From assembly GCA_010405405.1 (NCBI GenBank), contig MU004243.1:615340-679339 (forward strand): 64,000 nt of DNA. Reading direction: 5' to 3'. Under the pieces are notes generated by a model. That model searched no databases. It worked only from the letters and a program-made list of their open reading frames with translations, and was not told the origin of the DNA. The translations under genes were made by a program, and so were the position numbers. The DNA is from Microthyrium microscopicum (taxonomy: Eukaryota). Shown in pieces: positions 48,748 to 60,900 of this stretch; position 1 is the first letter of the stretch, and each line of letters starts with the position of its first letter.

Positions 48748-51700
48748 CTAAGCAACATCTCGCAGCAGCCCATCCACACTCGACCGCTCCCCCTCCAAAC
48801 TCTGCCGCTTCTCAATCTCGCGCTCCAACTGCACTCTCAACGACTCCTTCTCCGCCTCCGTCTCCTCAATGCGTTTGCGCGCCCCACTCCGGTCTAGTAA
48901 CCGCGCTTCCCGCTCCTGCTTGAGGCGGCGCTCCAGTTCTTTCAGACGGTGGACCCAGCGTTGCTCAGAGGGCTGCATCGAAGCGGAATTAATGCTTGAT
49001 GTGCGCGAGTGCGTAGATGGTATTACGGGGCTTTGCGCTGGTTGGGGGGCTTGTTGGTGCGAAGAGGATTGGTGGGTGGATGTGTGTGTGGCGGTTGATT
49101 GGTGGGTGGAGGTATGGGTGGATGTACGGCGTGATGGTGAGCCGGTACGTGAGAGGGGTATTTGGGATGCGCCTGGGACAGTGATTGATGGATCTGCGGC
49201 GACTGGTGAGTGTGTATGGCGTGGTTGGACGCCTTCGACGGCGGAGGTGGAGTAATGCCGCATAAGTGAGGAGTCGCGACGGTGGTCGCGGGTTGAGGAG
49301 GCGCGTTCGGGGACTGGTGCGCGAGCGGGGGAGGTATTGCGGAGGATTTGAACTTCTGCTTTGAGAAGTTTGTTTTCTGATTTGAGTTTGACGACGGCGT
49401 CTTCTTTGCGGGAAGAGGCTTGGCTTGCTGATCGATCGGTAGCTGCACGCTCTTCTGTTTGACGGCTCATGGTCTTCTCAAGGGCGTCGATGCGTTTGGT
49501 GCGGTGGTCGAGTGCTTTTTCAAAGTTGGAAAAGTCTTTGGTGTATTTACGATCAAGGTCGCGGATTTGGGTGCGATATAGAGAGTAGAGGGTTTCGACG
49601 GCCTTGAGAGCGCTGGCAATGTGGCGGGAGAATGTGGGCCAGTTTTTGGAGATGTAGTCGGATGTTGGCGGGTCTTCGCTGCCAAGAGGATTGCGGGAGT
49701 TCCAGTCACGACCGCAGATGGTGGTGAGGCGGTTCCAGAGGCTGAAAAGTAGGTTGTTGCGTTCGGCGAGTTGCTCTTTGAGCTGGGTCTCTAGAGTGTT
49801 GAATTTGCGACGGTCAGCTTGGCGGGCACCTTCAATGTCTGACACGCGAGTGTCGTTCTGTTGGATGGTACGAGTCAGGGATTGCTGGCTTCGTTGCATT
49901 TGGTTGAAGGTTGCTTGATCGAGGCGTCTAGCCTGTCGTTCCTTGTCAAGAAGTTCTGATAGCTTCTTGGTCTCCAGACCAGCAGATTCCAGTAGAGCGT
50001 CACGAGTGCGAAGAGTTCGCTCCTTTTCGGAAAGATCTTGACGTGTAATATCGAGAGCAGAAAGAGTATGCTCAAGATCGCGTTGAAGCTTGGTAACATC
50101 TTTGAGAATGCTTGATCGAGTACCACTGAGATCGCCAAGGGCCTCGCGGAGATTAGCCTCGAGAGTCTCCAGTCGTTCTTTCCAGTTATCTGCTTCGTTC
50201 TCCTTGTCGGCAAGCTTCTTCCGTAGTTTGCGGAGATCATCTTTGTGAGATGTAACATCGCCATTAAGCTCATCCATGGCAGTCTGGATTTGGGCCTTTT
50301 CTTCTGAATCCAAAGCCTCGCGTTGTCGTCGTTCAACAGCTGCTTGAGCGAGCATATCTTCGATTTGAGTTCTAGCAGCGCTCAAAGAGCCTTCTAGTTC
50401 TCCAATCTTGATCTTGTCGCCTTCTTGCTCTTCTCTCAAGAATGCAATCTCATCTTGCGAGCCCTCCAGCTGAACGTCCAGGCGTTCATTCTTCGTATTG
50501 AGGTCACTGACCTTTTGCTCGAGTTCCTCAATCTCGTGCTCAGCCTCCTCGAGCTGTTGTTTGAGGGTCTCTTCTTTGCGACGGGAAGAGTTGAGTTCAT
50601 CGTCCAACCAGACAGCTTGTTCAGACAAAGTTTTGTGCTCCTCTTGTAACGAGTTCATCTCAGCATTCTTCTCCTTCAGCTCATCTTCAACCTGGTCGAT
50701 TTGCAGAACAGCTTGATCTCGAAGTGTCTGGAACTCTGTATCCTTCAACTCAATGCTCTCCAACAGCTCATTACGTTCCTCCTGTAGGCCCTGCAAATCT
50801 GTGTTCAAAAGTTCATTCTCTTCCATCAACTGCTTCATGTTTGCTTCGACCTCTTCAAGATCATCCAGAGCCTTATTGAGCCCAGTGCCCAAATCTTGAT
50901 TCTCCATCTTGACCGCAGCAAGCTCATCACGCGCCGTATTAAAACGCTTCTCAAGCTCGTCGCGATCCGGATCACTCATTTGCGTCACTCGGGTCATGCC
51001 ACTAGCACGACTTGAGCTACGTTGATGCGCACGCGATACCGATCGATCAAAGATACTATCTCCGGCAATCGATCGCGCGCCCATCCCATCAACGCCACCG
51101 CGACGGTGATGAATCTTTAGATCTTCGATTTCTTGTTGTAAACGTTCGCGCTCCTTGTTGCGCGAGGTGAGCATAGAGGTCTGGGCGCTGAGATCTCGGC
51201 GGAGTTCAGCGACTTCGCGTCTCAGACCAACTTTTTCTTGCTGCAGGAGATCGACTAGCGTACTAGCTTGGCTAATCATGCCATTGGCATCGTCTACTTC
51301 AGAATTGCCGTCGCTTCGTGTGGTGTGTGTAGTAGTCAGGCGTTTCTGGATGTTGTAAACGTTGTGGGTGGAGTGGTTATTGGTGACATTTGCATGCTCG
51401 GCTTTCATCTTGCGGATTTCCTCGCGCAAATGCTCAGCGTCCTCATCAGCAGCCTCGCGACGAGCAGTCTCAGCTTGCAAAAGATCTTTCCACATGTCGT
51501 TGGTTTCTTCCACGGCGGAAGACGGCTCACTAGGTCGTCTATCGCCCATAGATTTGATATATTCCGCAAGTCGCCGCTTTTCAAGTTCCTTGCTCATATT
51601 GTCCTCCTTGAGGCGTTCCACATCAGTTTGCGTCGTCTCAAGTGTTTCTCGGAGGTACACAATTTCTTCTTCCATTTCAGCCTTTTCTTCATCAGCTTCA

Positions 51701-53133
51701 TTGGTTTCTTCCTCTGAGCTATCGTGCGGCTTCTCTGCAGACTTCTCCTCGAAGGACTTCAACTTGCGCTCCAAATCTCGAATTTTCCGCCGCATCGACG
51801 AATTGTCTTTCTTCTCATTTGCCAGATCAGTTTGGAGCTGTACATTTCTTTGAACCATATCCTTGACACCCTCATCAGACCGACTATGCAAGGCTTCGTC
51901 CAAAAAGTGAATCTTGAGTTTTAAATCAAAATTTTCTTTGGACAATTTATCAATCTTGCTATTTTGTTCCTTCAAAGTCAGGTTATGTTTTGAACGGGTG
52001 CTGTAGGATTGGCCAATCAATTGTCGGCGTTCAGGCGATCGAGTTGTAGAATGCTTTTCTCTATATTGACGCGCAATGGTTTCTGGGACTTGGATCCCTT
52101 GTACATGTCGTGCTATGACAGTGTCCGATGGAACAGAGATCCCATTACTGGAAACGCGCGGTGTGGCCGGCTCATCTTCGTCTAAGCGCCCGAGCGCAGT
52201 ATCGAGACGTCCCATACCGGCATTCGATGTAGAGCTGCGCGTACGAGAGAAATCAGGCTGTGAGCCACCGTAGCTAGAATGGAGAGATTGAGATATTTCG
52301 CTGCCAAAGCTCGGTAATCGTGAAAGCGATGGTCCACTCTTGTCGCTAACTGGTATTGGTACGGCGCCGCCGGATTGAATTGCGAAATCAGCACCACTGG
52401 AATGGAGGGGGAAATCAGCGCCAATTGTCGATTCAGTAATACCAGATATGTCTGATCGAGCAGCTATGGAGGACACGGAGGATCGCTGGCTGGAATGTCG
52501 ATTTTGTAGATATTGTGGTCGTCGGGATGATCGTGGATGTCCCATGGAGGCCTCGGCTTCTTCGTTCTCAACGACTATGTCTAAGCCGGCGTTTTCGTCT
52601 TCAATGTTATGTGATGATGAGGGTTCAGATGGTTGTTCGGAGGTGATTTGGGGATTCGGGAATTTGTTCTCTCGGGTACTAGCACCAGCAGTTCGCCGTT
52701 TCATAGCACTCGCAGCGGGCGAGGAGGGTAGGTCTGAAAGGGAGGACGTCTCGTTCGCCCCGTCAGGTTCAGCACCACTGTCCGTATTCTCCTGGTGATC
52801 GGAAAGAGGTCCGTTGGCCAAACTCTCAGTTCGCCCGGGCGAGCCGCCAAATAGATATGTATCGTCGGCGCCGGGTCGCGTAATAGGCAATGCGCTAGGC
52901 GATGGATCGGGGGCAAAGCTAGACTCAATGTCCATCAATCGATTCTTAACATCATGATCGAGGAGTGCGCTTGGATCCGCAGACAATTGACTAAAGTCGG
53001 TATCATCGGGGAGAGGAGGGAGATTTGAATTGGTGGAGGAGATTCGTTGGGCGGTGTGCTTGTTGGCATCAGGAGCAGCACCTGCAAGGCTCCTATCGCG
53101 TGCAGGCAAGGGAAGCGGGCTATTGTCTGCCAT
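48748..53133 (-). CDS. apsB: Centrosomin-motif MTOC protein ApsB/Mto1
   Basis: CM1 motif LTLKEQNSKIDKLSKENFDLKLKIHFL; long coiled coil; C-terminal WVHRLKELERRLKQEREARLLDRSGARKRI. Confidence 0.92.
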   Translation of the reverse strand: MADNSPLPLPARDRSLAGAAPDANKHTAQRISSTNSNLPPLPDDTDFSQLSADPSALLDHDVKNRLMDIESSFAPDPSPSALPITRPGADDTYLFGGSPGRTESLANGPLSDHQENTDSGAEPDGANETSSLSDLPSSPAASAMKRRTAGASTRENKFPNPQITSEQPSEPSSSHNIEDENAGLDIVVENEEAEASMGHPRSSRRPQYLQNRHSSQRSSVSSIAARSDISGITESTIGADFPLHSSGADFAIQSGGAVPIPVSDKSGPSLSRLPSFGSEISQSLHSSYGGSQPDFSRTRSSTSNAGMGRLDTALGRLDEDEPATPRVSSNGISVPSDTVIARHVQGIQVPETIARQYREKHSTTRSPERRQLIGQSYSTRSKHNLTLKEQNSKIDKLSKENFDLKLKIHFLDEALHSRSDEGVKDMVQRNVQLQTDLANEKKDNSSMRRKIRDLERKLKSFEEKSAEKPHDSSEEETNEADEEKAEMEEEIVYLRETLETTQTDVERLKEDNMSKELEKRRLAEYIKSMGDRRPSEPSSAVEETNDMWKDLLQAETARREAADEDAEHLREEIRKMKAEHANVTNNHSTHNVYNIQKRLTTTHTTRSDGNSEVDDANGMISQASTLVDLLQQEKVGLRREVAELRRDLSAQTSMLTSRNKERERLQQEIEDLKIHHRRGGVDGMGARSIAGDSIFDRSVSRAHQRSSSRASGMTRVTQMSDPDRDELEKRFNTARDELAAVKMENQDLGTGLNKALDDLEEVEANMKQLMEENELLNTDLQGLQEERNELLESIELKDTEFQTLRDQAVLQIDQVEDELKEKNAEMNSLQEEHKTLSEQAVWLDDELNSSRRKEETLKQQLEEAEHEIEELEQKVSDLNTKNERLDVQLEGSQDEIAFLREEQEGDKIKIGELEGSLSAARTQIEDMLAQAAVERRQREALDSEEKAQIQTAMDELNGDVTSHKDDLRKLRKKLADKENEADNWKERLETLEANLREALGDLSGTRSSILKDVTKLQRDLEHTLSALDITRQDLSEKERTLRTRDALLESAGLETKKLSELLDKERQARRLDQATFNQMQRSQQSLTRTIQQNDTRVSDIEGARQADRRKFNTLETQLKEQLAERNNLLFSLWNRLTTICGRDWNSRNPLGSEDPPTSDYISKNWPTFSRHIASALKAVETLYSLYRTQIRDLDRKYTKDFSNFEKALDHRTKRIDALEKTMSRQTEERAATDRSASQASSRKEDAVVKLKSENKLLKAEVQILRNTSPARAPVPERASSTRDHRRDSSLMRHYSTSAVEGVQPRHTHSPVAADPSITVPGASQIPLSRTGSPSRRTSTHTSTHQSTATHTSTHQSSSHQQAPQPAQSPVIPSTHSRTSSINSASMQPSEQRWVHRLKELERRLKQEREARLLDRSGARKRIEETEAEKESLRVQLEREIEKRQSLEGERSSVDGLLRDVA

Positions 53134-53525
53134 TGTTATGAGAGTGGTTTCGGTGCATGGGAGATGGAGCGAGTTGGAGAAGCACGATTGAGGCTTATGG
53201 ATCGAATATTATTCGAAAACAGTGAAGGCCAGGCGTTAGGTTGTTGTCTGGAGGTTGGGATGTGCCGTAAGCGGCCATCACAAGTGACTTTACTTGATGC
53301 TTGATTGATGTTTTGATGGAGTGAAGCGAGTCGCAACCTGGGAAGCTCGGGCCTCCTCGAAATGCTCGCCTCGTGGATGCATGCAGGGGTACAGGGCTTA
53401 GTTCGAGTCCGAGCGCCTGAAGTTGTCTTTTCCTTTCTCCTTCTAGAGGGATCGTAACACTCCGCGGTGAACTCAGAGTTCTAGGGGCGAGTTAATCCAA
53501 ATATAGCTAGGGTAGCACTAAGGAT

Positions 53526-53890
53526 TGTTATAAAAATAAACTAATAAACTATTAATCCTAAGTAGGTAAGAGATTATATAATAAGCTTTTAGAATAACTA
53601 TATAAGTAAAGATTATATTATTAGAATAATATTTTTTTAGCGCTAATAAGGGATTTACTTTATTATTTATAAGGTTCTAGATTTACTATCTCTCTTACTA
53701 CTAACTTTCTTAATCCTCTTCCTCTCCCTATTTACGCTATAACGCTACGTAAGTAAGTAATTCTTATTTCTATATATTTTTTACTCTATTTCTAAGCTAT
53801 TATGTAATTTTTAGCGTTTTAAATAAGTTATATAGTATTCTATAAGCTTGTTTAGCCTATTTTACTTATTAATAGCAATCTATAATAACA
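53526..53890 (+). mobile_element. Putative 5' LTR (365 bp), RIP-mutated
   Basis: Starts TGTTAT at the GC-to-AT transition and ends ATAACA (inverted termini); followed by PBS-like tttGGCGCGCTAG at ~53898-53910. Confidence 0.6.
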
Positions 53891-54448
53891 TTAAAAATTT
53901 GGCGCGCTAGTATATATATATACGTACCCTAGTTTTAATAACTTAAATTACTTAATCCTTACTTATTAGTTTTACTATTAGTTTTACCTAACTATTAGTT
54001 TTACTATATTATAATATATCTACTAGTTTTCTTAATTAACGCCCTAGCTAGTTTTTATAATAATATACTTATTTATATAGCATCTATATTCCTTAGCTAT
54101 TAGCGTTTTTTAATGCTTTTTTAGTAAATTACTAATTCTACTAACTTTCTTACTTAGCTACCTAACTTTATTAATTATAAGCTACTCTAATTATATTAAA
54201 CTCCTTATTTTTACCCTACTTAATACTAATTTCTCTAGTTTTACTAGCTTTTGTAACTAATAAGTTAATAATACTAAACCGTACAAACTAATTCCTTATA
54301 AAAAGTATAATAAAACTACTACTATAGCTATACCTCCTATTAGTTCAACTAATATTATTAATAATTCTAGCAAAATAGGCAACTAAAGTAGTATTACTAA
54401 CTAGCCTAATAACACTTATACCCTTATTAATAATATAGCTAACTACTT

Positions 54449-54592
54449 CTATAATACTTCTACCTACGATATTCCTAATTATTCCTATAATAACTCTACC
54501 TACAGTAATCCTAATTATTTCTATAATAACTCTATCTATAATAATCCTAATTATTTCTATAATAATTCTACCTATAGTAATCCTAGTTATTT
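54449..54592. repeat. 36-bp tandem repeat x4 inside the RIP block
   Basis: Units like ctataataactctacctacagtaatcctaattattt start at 54449, 54485, 54521 and 54557. Confidence 0.9.
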
Positions 54593-57500
54593 CTATACTA
54601 GCTCTTATAATAGTTATATTAATATTAGTAAATCCTTTATTAGTAAACCTACTAAATTACGTACTTAGTCTAGTAGGTTTAATAGTATTCTTAGCTATTC
54701 TTACTATAATTCTACTAGATCTTATAGTATTTCTAGGCTAACTTTACCTACTACTTTTAGTACTAATAATAGTATTCCTAATAATTTATATAGTCTTACT
54801 CTTAGTAATATTAGCAACGTCTATAACTAGCCTTCTATTGCTACTAGTCTAGCTACTATTAACCCTACGCTACTCTTTATAATTACTAGTTTAATAGCTA
54901 TTTCTAGCCCTAATAATACTAACGAACTTAGCAATACTCTTTACTAAAATAACTAATATTACTAATTCTTAGCAAATAAACTAAAAGAATCTTCTACTAT
55001 TACTAGTAACACTAAGGACTCTACTAGTAATACTAAGAACACTATGCTTACTAAAGTTCTTTAAGAAATTATAGATAAAGAAGCTAACAAAACTAACGCC
55101 TAAACTAACGGCGAAACTAGTAGTAAAACTAATAATGATACTAATAACTAATTTAATAGTAAAACTAATAACAAAAATAGTACTAATAATGCTAATAAAT
55201 TATATATTCCTAACGATATAACTAAAGACGCTTCTCTACTTAGCGAAACTAATCCTAAAGCTATTACTCTAACTCTAATTTTTAGTACTCCTAACGTCGT
55301 TAAGGTTAATAAAACTAATAGCTTTTCTACTAATCTATAATTACTAATAAATAGTCTAAACGAAAATACTAGCAATTCTTAAATTTAAATTACTTTAGCT
55401 AATCCTATTACTATAGCTACTACTATATTTATTAGCGTACTTATTACTCCTCTAGAATCTACTATTTCTAGTATTACTACTTTTAATTCTTAGGCCTTAT
55501 TTAATCTACTATAAATAATTAACTAGTCTAGTTTTCCTACTAGTAGTTTTAGCTTATAAGATTTCCTATACGCTACTATTAATACTATAAATACCAATCT
55601 AACTACTTTAATAACTACTTTACCTAGTATACTTACTACTTTAAATTTAATAGCTAGTTTAATTACTAACTAAGCTAATCTCGTTACTACTACTAATAGA
55701 CCTAGTCTAATTATTATTTAACCTATACTTATTAGTAATACTAACCCTTCTAGTTAGACTATTACTTAAGCTAGTAACGTTAGTTATCTTAATAGTTTAA
55801 GTTAAATTATTACTTAAGATATACCTAACAACGTAACTACTAACTTTAGTACTAATAATAGTTTTTCTACTTATATTTTAACTACTAGAGATACTACTAG
55901 TACTATTTTAACTCTTAGTATTACTAATACTAGTCTATCTACTATATCTAAGGGTAAATATAAAGTAGTTAATAATAATAATTCTAATAATAGTAATCCT
56001 ACTAAGGAAACTAGTAGCTACTAAAAGCTAAAGGCGTAGCGCTATTAAGCTAAACGTATAAAGATACTAAAAAAACTAAAAATTACGAACTATATTACTA
56101 ATCTTAGTTAATCTTACTATTATAAGTACTATACTTAGTAGTACTACGTAATATATACTAATACTTAGTTCTACTAATAGCGATAAGTAACGCTTAGTAT
56201 AAAGTAATTTACTAAGAGTATAAAGCTAATAAAACTAATTCTATTACTATACTAACTCTAAACCTAATAATTACTTAAGCTTAAGTTACTTAATATAGCT
56301 AAAAGTATAATAAAAAAGCGCTAAAGAGAAAACTAACTATAGTATTTACCTTTCCTACCTTTACTAAAAAGTTATTACTAATTTCTTAGTTTTATAAAAA
56401 GAAATCTATACTAACTTAAAAGTAACTTTATTATAAAACTTACTACTTTTTCTATTATTACCTTTGCTAATCTTAATTTTACTATTAGTACTAAAGCTTT
56501 TAAAAGCGTTAATTCTCTTACTTACTATACTAGTTACTATACCTAGAGCTATATAGATTTTACTAATAAATCCCCTTTTATATAGCCTTTTTAATAAGTA
56601 AGTTTACTAATAGTCTATACCTAGTACTAGCTATTAGAAATTACAAGTAAAGCTAAATAGGCTTAAGAATAAAGAAATTTTACTATATAAGCATTCTATT
56701 AATATAAGTTTTATTAATATATACTTTATTCTTACTAATTATTAGTTAGGCTACTATATTAGAGTCTTATTACGTTTATAAAGACCTCTTTAATAACTAA
56801 CTCTTAGTAAGTTTATTATTAGCTTTACTATAATCTTTACTAATTATAATTTTACTAATACAATTTATTTTAATAGAATAGTATTCCTAACTTTTTTAAT
56901 AAATATAAGTAGGTTTTACTATCCTTTTTAATCCTTACTTATTATTTCTACTTAGTTTTTTTACTAATCTTTAGTTTAACTAATAATATCCTATTTATTA
57001 AGTTCTTTAAGCTCTTCTTTAATAAATTCTTAATAGAAAAAGTAAGTATTACTAGCTTTATTATTACGCTTACTAACGTTAATTTTAGTTATTAAATCTA
57101 TACGAGTATATAAACGCTACTATTACCTAGTTAAAGAAGAAATTTTAAAGAAATTAAGACTATAAATAATATTTTTTATCTAAATAGTTAGTTTTAATAG
57201 TATTAGGTACGTATATTAACTATAATAATCTTACTCCTCCTAACCTAACTACTTCTATTATTACTATTAGCTCTACCTACCCTACTAGCTTTACTAACCT
57301 TACTAGCTCTATTAACCCTACTAACCTTACTAGCCCTACTAATTAACTAGCCTAGTAAGCTTTACTAACTATTCCCTCCTATATATACTTTTCCTTTTCT
57401 TTACCTTAATACTTCTCTTTATTTATAATTTTTATAATAATAATACCTTATAATATCCTATAATACCCTATAATACCTATAATTCTACTAGTTTTACTAG

Positions 57501-57639
57501 CCTTTCTAATCTAAAAACTAGTCTAATTAATATACTATCTTTCTCTAGCTTAAACTCTAGTTTAACTATTATTTTTACTATTTCGTTAATTTACTAGTTT
57601 AACTAATCTTTATATCTATCTATTTTCTAGTTAAACTCT

Positions 57640-57999
57640 TAGTTTAACTATTCCTTTAGCTATTTTAGCTATTTTATTAGTTTAACTATTATTAAAACTT
57701 TTTCTTTAGCTATTTTAGTTACCTTCCTAGTATAACTATTATTAAAATTATTTCTTTAGCCCATTTAGTTAAACTAATGGTTTAACTATTATTAAAACTC
57801 TTTTTTTTATTAGAACTTCTAATTTAACTATTCCTTTAGCTATTTTAGCTATTCTATCAATTTAACTGTCGTTAAAACTTTTTCTTTAGCTATTTTAGTT
57901 ACCTTTTTAATATAACTATTATTAAAATTATTTCTTTAGCCTATTTAGTTAAACTAATAGTTTAACTATTATTAAAACTCTTTTTTTTATTAGAATTTT
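57640..57999. repeat. 180-bp tandem duplication inside the RIP block
   Basis: 57640-57819 aligns without gaps to 57820-57999; the differences inspected are transitions. Confidence 0.9.
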
Positions 58000-60900
58000 A
58001 ATAAAAGCGTTTATTTATTTATTATATTAATATATCTAACGATACTAAGTCTTCTCTAGTTTTACTAGCACAATTTAGAAAATTAAAAATACTAAAAAAA
58101 AGGGAATAAGTTTTACAATATTACTTTTATTAAGTAGAATTAGGCTTAGATTTTTAGGAACTAGTTATACTAAATTAGCGTAGTATAAGCTACTATAGTA
58201 ACTAGTATTACTAATAGTCTTAAATCTATAGAAATTTAAGTTATACCTACTACTCTTTTATACCTAATATTCTAGTCTTACTAATATATTTTAGTAGTTC
58301 TACTACTTTACTCTTTATCTTAAGTTATATAAAATAAACCCTCTAATAATAGAGGTAAAGCTAGGAAAGCTAATCTTTTCTTTTACGATTTACTATTCTA
58401 CTAATTTATCTATAAAAAGAATTAACTAGTTTTACTATACTTATATATATTAGTAGCTATAGCGATTTTTAATTACGTTTCCCTTTTATAAAGAAACGTA
58501 AATATAGCTAAGAAGATAACACTTTCTTAGTACTACTAGGTTAGTTACTATTAAATCTATAGTTTACCTTCCCTATCTTTTATAATATCTCTTATAGCCT
58601 AAACTAGTTCTTAATAAAATTATATTATAAGATTTACTTATTCTTTAAATAAGTCTAATATATATTCTACTCTAAATATATTAATAATATAATAAGATAC
58701 CTATAGGTAAATATAGTTATACTATTTATTAATAGTAATTTAATTAGTAAGAGTATTTACTCTAGGTTTATATTTAAACACTATATAATTTATACTAAAG
58801 AATAGAAAATCTTTATATAGCTACTATAAAGAATAGTAAGCTAATTACTAGTTAGTATAGAAAAAAGAAAAAGAATTACTAGTTCTTATAATATATAAAC
58901 TATAGTGCTATATTTACCTTAGCTTATTCTTCTATAATATTTTATAGCTTAGTAAAAGATATAAATAGCTTTTAGTAAAGTTAGTTTTATTAGTAATAGT
59001 AATACTTATTCCTAATTATACTAGACTTACCTTATAAGAAGAAAATAAACTAAACTTAAACTACTATTCTTATATAATAAATTAACTAGTATTACTAATA
59101 ATAAGTAATTAAATCTAACCTTTAAATATTAATTAATATAAATATATTAAGCTTATATACTTTATAACTTATAAAGATTAATAAATAGACTAAGAGGAGT
59201 ACTAAGAGCTTTCTCCTTATTTATTTAGTGTAACTAAGTATATAGATTTAAGATAACATATTTACTAATATCCTTATAACTAGCGAGCCCTATAGCTTTA
59301 CTATAAGCAAGCTATATTTTAAGTAAAGCCTTCTAAAAACGTTAAGTAAATATATCTTTCTAAACAATATAGCTAATAATCTACCTTATAATTACAACTA
59401 TAAAGTAAAGCAAAATATATATAGTAGGTATTAAGAAAAAGAAGTAGTATAAATAAGTTAAACTATAAATCTATTAGCTATTATTAATAAAAAAGAAAGA
59501 AAAAATAAGAATATATAATTCGTAAATATATAGGTAAGTCTACCTAGTATTATAAATATTAAGTAGGCTACTATTATAATAAAAGTATAGAATAAAAGAA
59601 CTATAAACTATTAATAGTTAGATTAGTAAAAAAGCTAAGAAAGACTAGTTCTACTATATTAAAGTTACTTTTCGCAATTATCTTAGTTAAGCTATAAAGC
59701 TTCTAATATTAGTTAGTAATAGATAAATATTATTAAATAGAACTATCTAGTAAACTATAAAGCTTAGTAATATATACGTAAATAGGCTTTATTTACTACT
59801 AATCTTACTAATTTTAATATATATTATTAAGATTTATAAAACTTAAAGCTTTAATTTAAAGTTATATTAGCAATATAAGGTTAGGTTATATTATAACTAA
59901 TTATATATTATTAACTTATTAAAAAAGCTAAGATATATTAATAGATTTATTACTAAAATATTTTTAATATTAACTTAGTATAGTAATAGCTAAATTAACT
60001 ATATTATATAAAGCAAAAGGTTTACTTACCCTATAAAGCTAATATTAGTTATTTAATATATTAATAGTATTAATAATTATCTACTATAGAATTAATACTT
60101 ATATAGTTAATAAAGAAAGAAAGTCTTTTACCTTAGTTATAGAAAAGTAGAATTTAGAAATAAGATACTAAGAATACTAGTAGAGTACTTAAATACTTAA
60201 GAATATACCTTAAAAGCTCTTTATTTAAAACTAGTATAGGTTATCTATTAATTCTTACTAATAAGCTTAGAAGAACTATAATAAAGTAAGTAAGCTACTA
60301 CTAACTATTAAATACTAGACTTAAAGCTAAGTAAAAATAATTACTTATTACTCTTTTAGCTTAGTCTAATTAGAGATTAGCTAACCTACTATTAAGCTTA
60401 TTAAGAATCTATATAGTAATCTACCTAATTACTTTATACTTACTTAAGTTTATAATATAAGCTACTTTACTTACTAGTAATATAATTAAATCCTACTTAT
60501 ACTCTACTAGCTTACTTACTTAGTATTATTTATAAGTAGAGTTATAAGTTACTCTTTTATTTACTATAAAAAGTCCTAATAATTAGCTTAGCAAAGCTAG
60601 TAACTATAAGTTTATTATAATTAATACCTAGTAATATTACTTAATATTTTTGATACTATAGTTACTAGTCTCTTAGTCTCTATATAACTAGCGCTAGAAA
60701 TAAAGCTTTTATTAATAGCGTATTTTACTAGTTTTTTTATAGCTTTTTATTAATAATAGTTAGCACCTTATAGTATATAATTTTATATATAGGAACTTTA
60801 ACTAACTTTAAGCAATTTTAAGAAAGTAAAATAAGTTAAAAAACTAAAAAGATAATAAAGTTTAAGAAAATTATCTATAATTCTAGCTATTACGCTATAA

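Noticed and set aside
48869..52928. Antisense and alternative-frame ORFs over apsB (likewise over ral2, mvp1 and palH)
   Set aside because: Shadow ORFs expected from the codon bias of long genes; no independent coding signal
54449..54592. CRISPR-like array (36-bp period)
   Set aside because: Head-to-tail repeats without unique spacers, in eukaryotic RIP-mutated DNA, with no cas genes
55148..55375. 75-aa hydrophobic ORF in the AT block
   Set aside because: Leu/Val/Ile richness is a compositional artefact of RIP-mutated DNA
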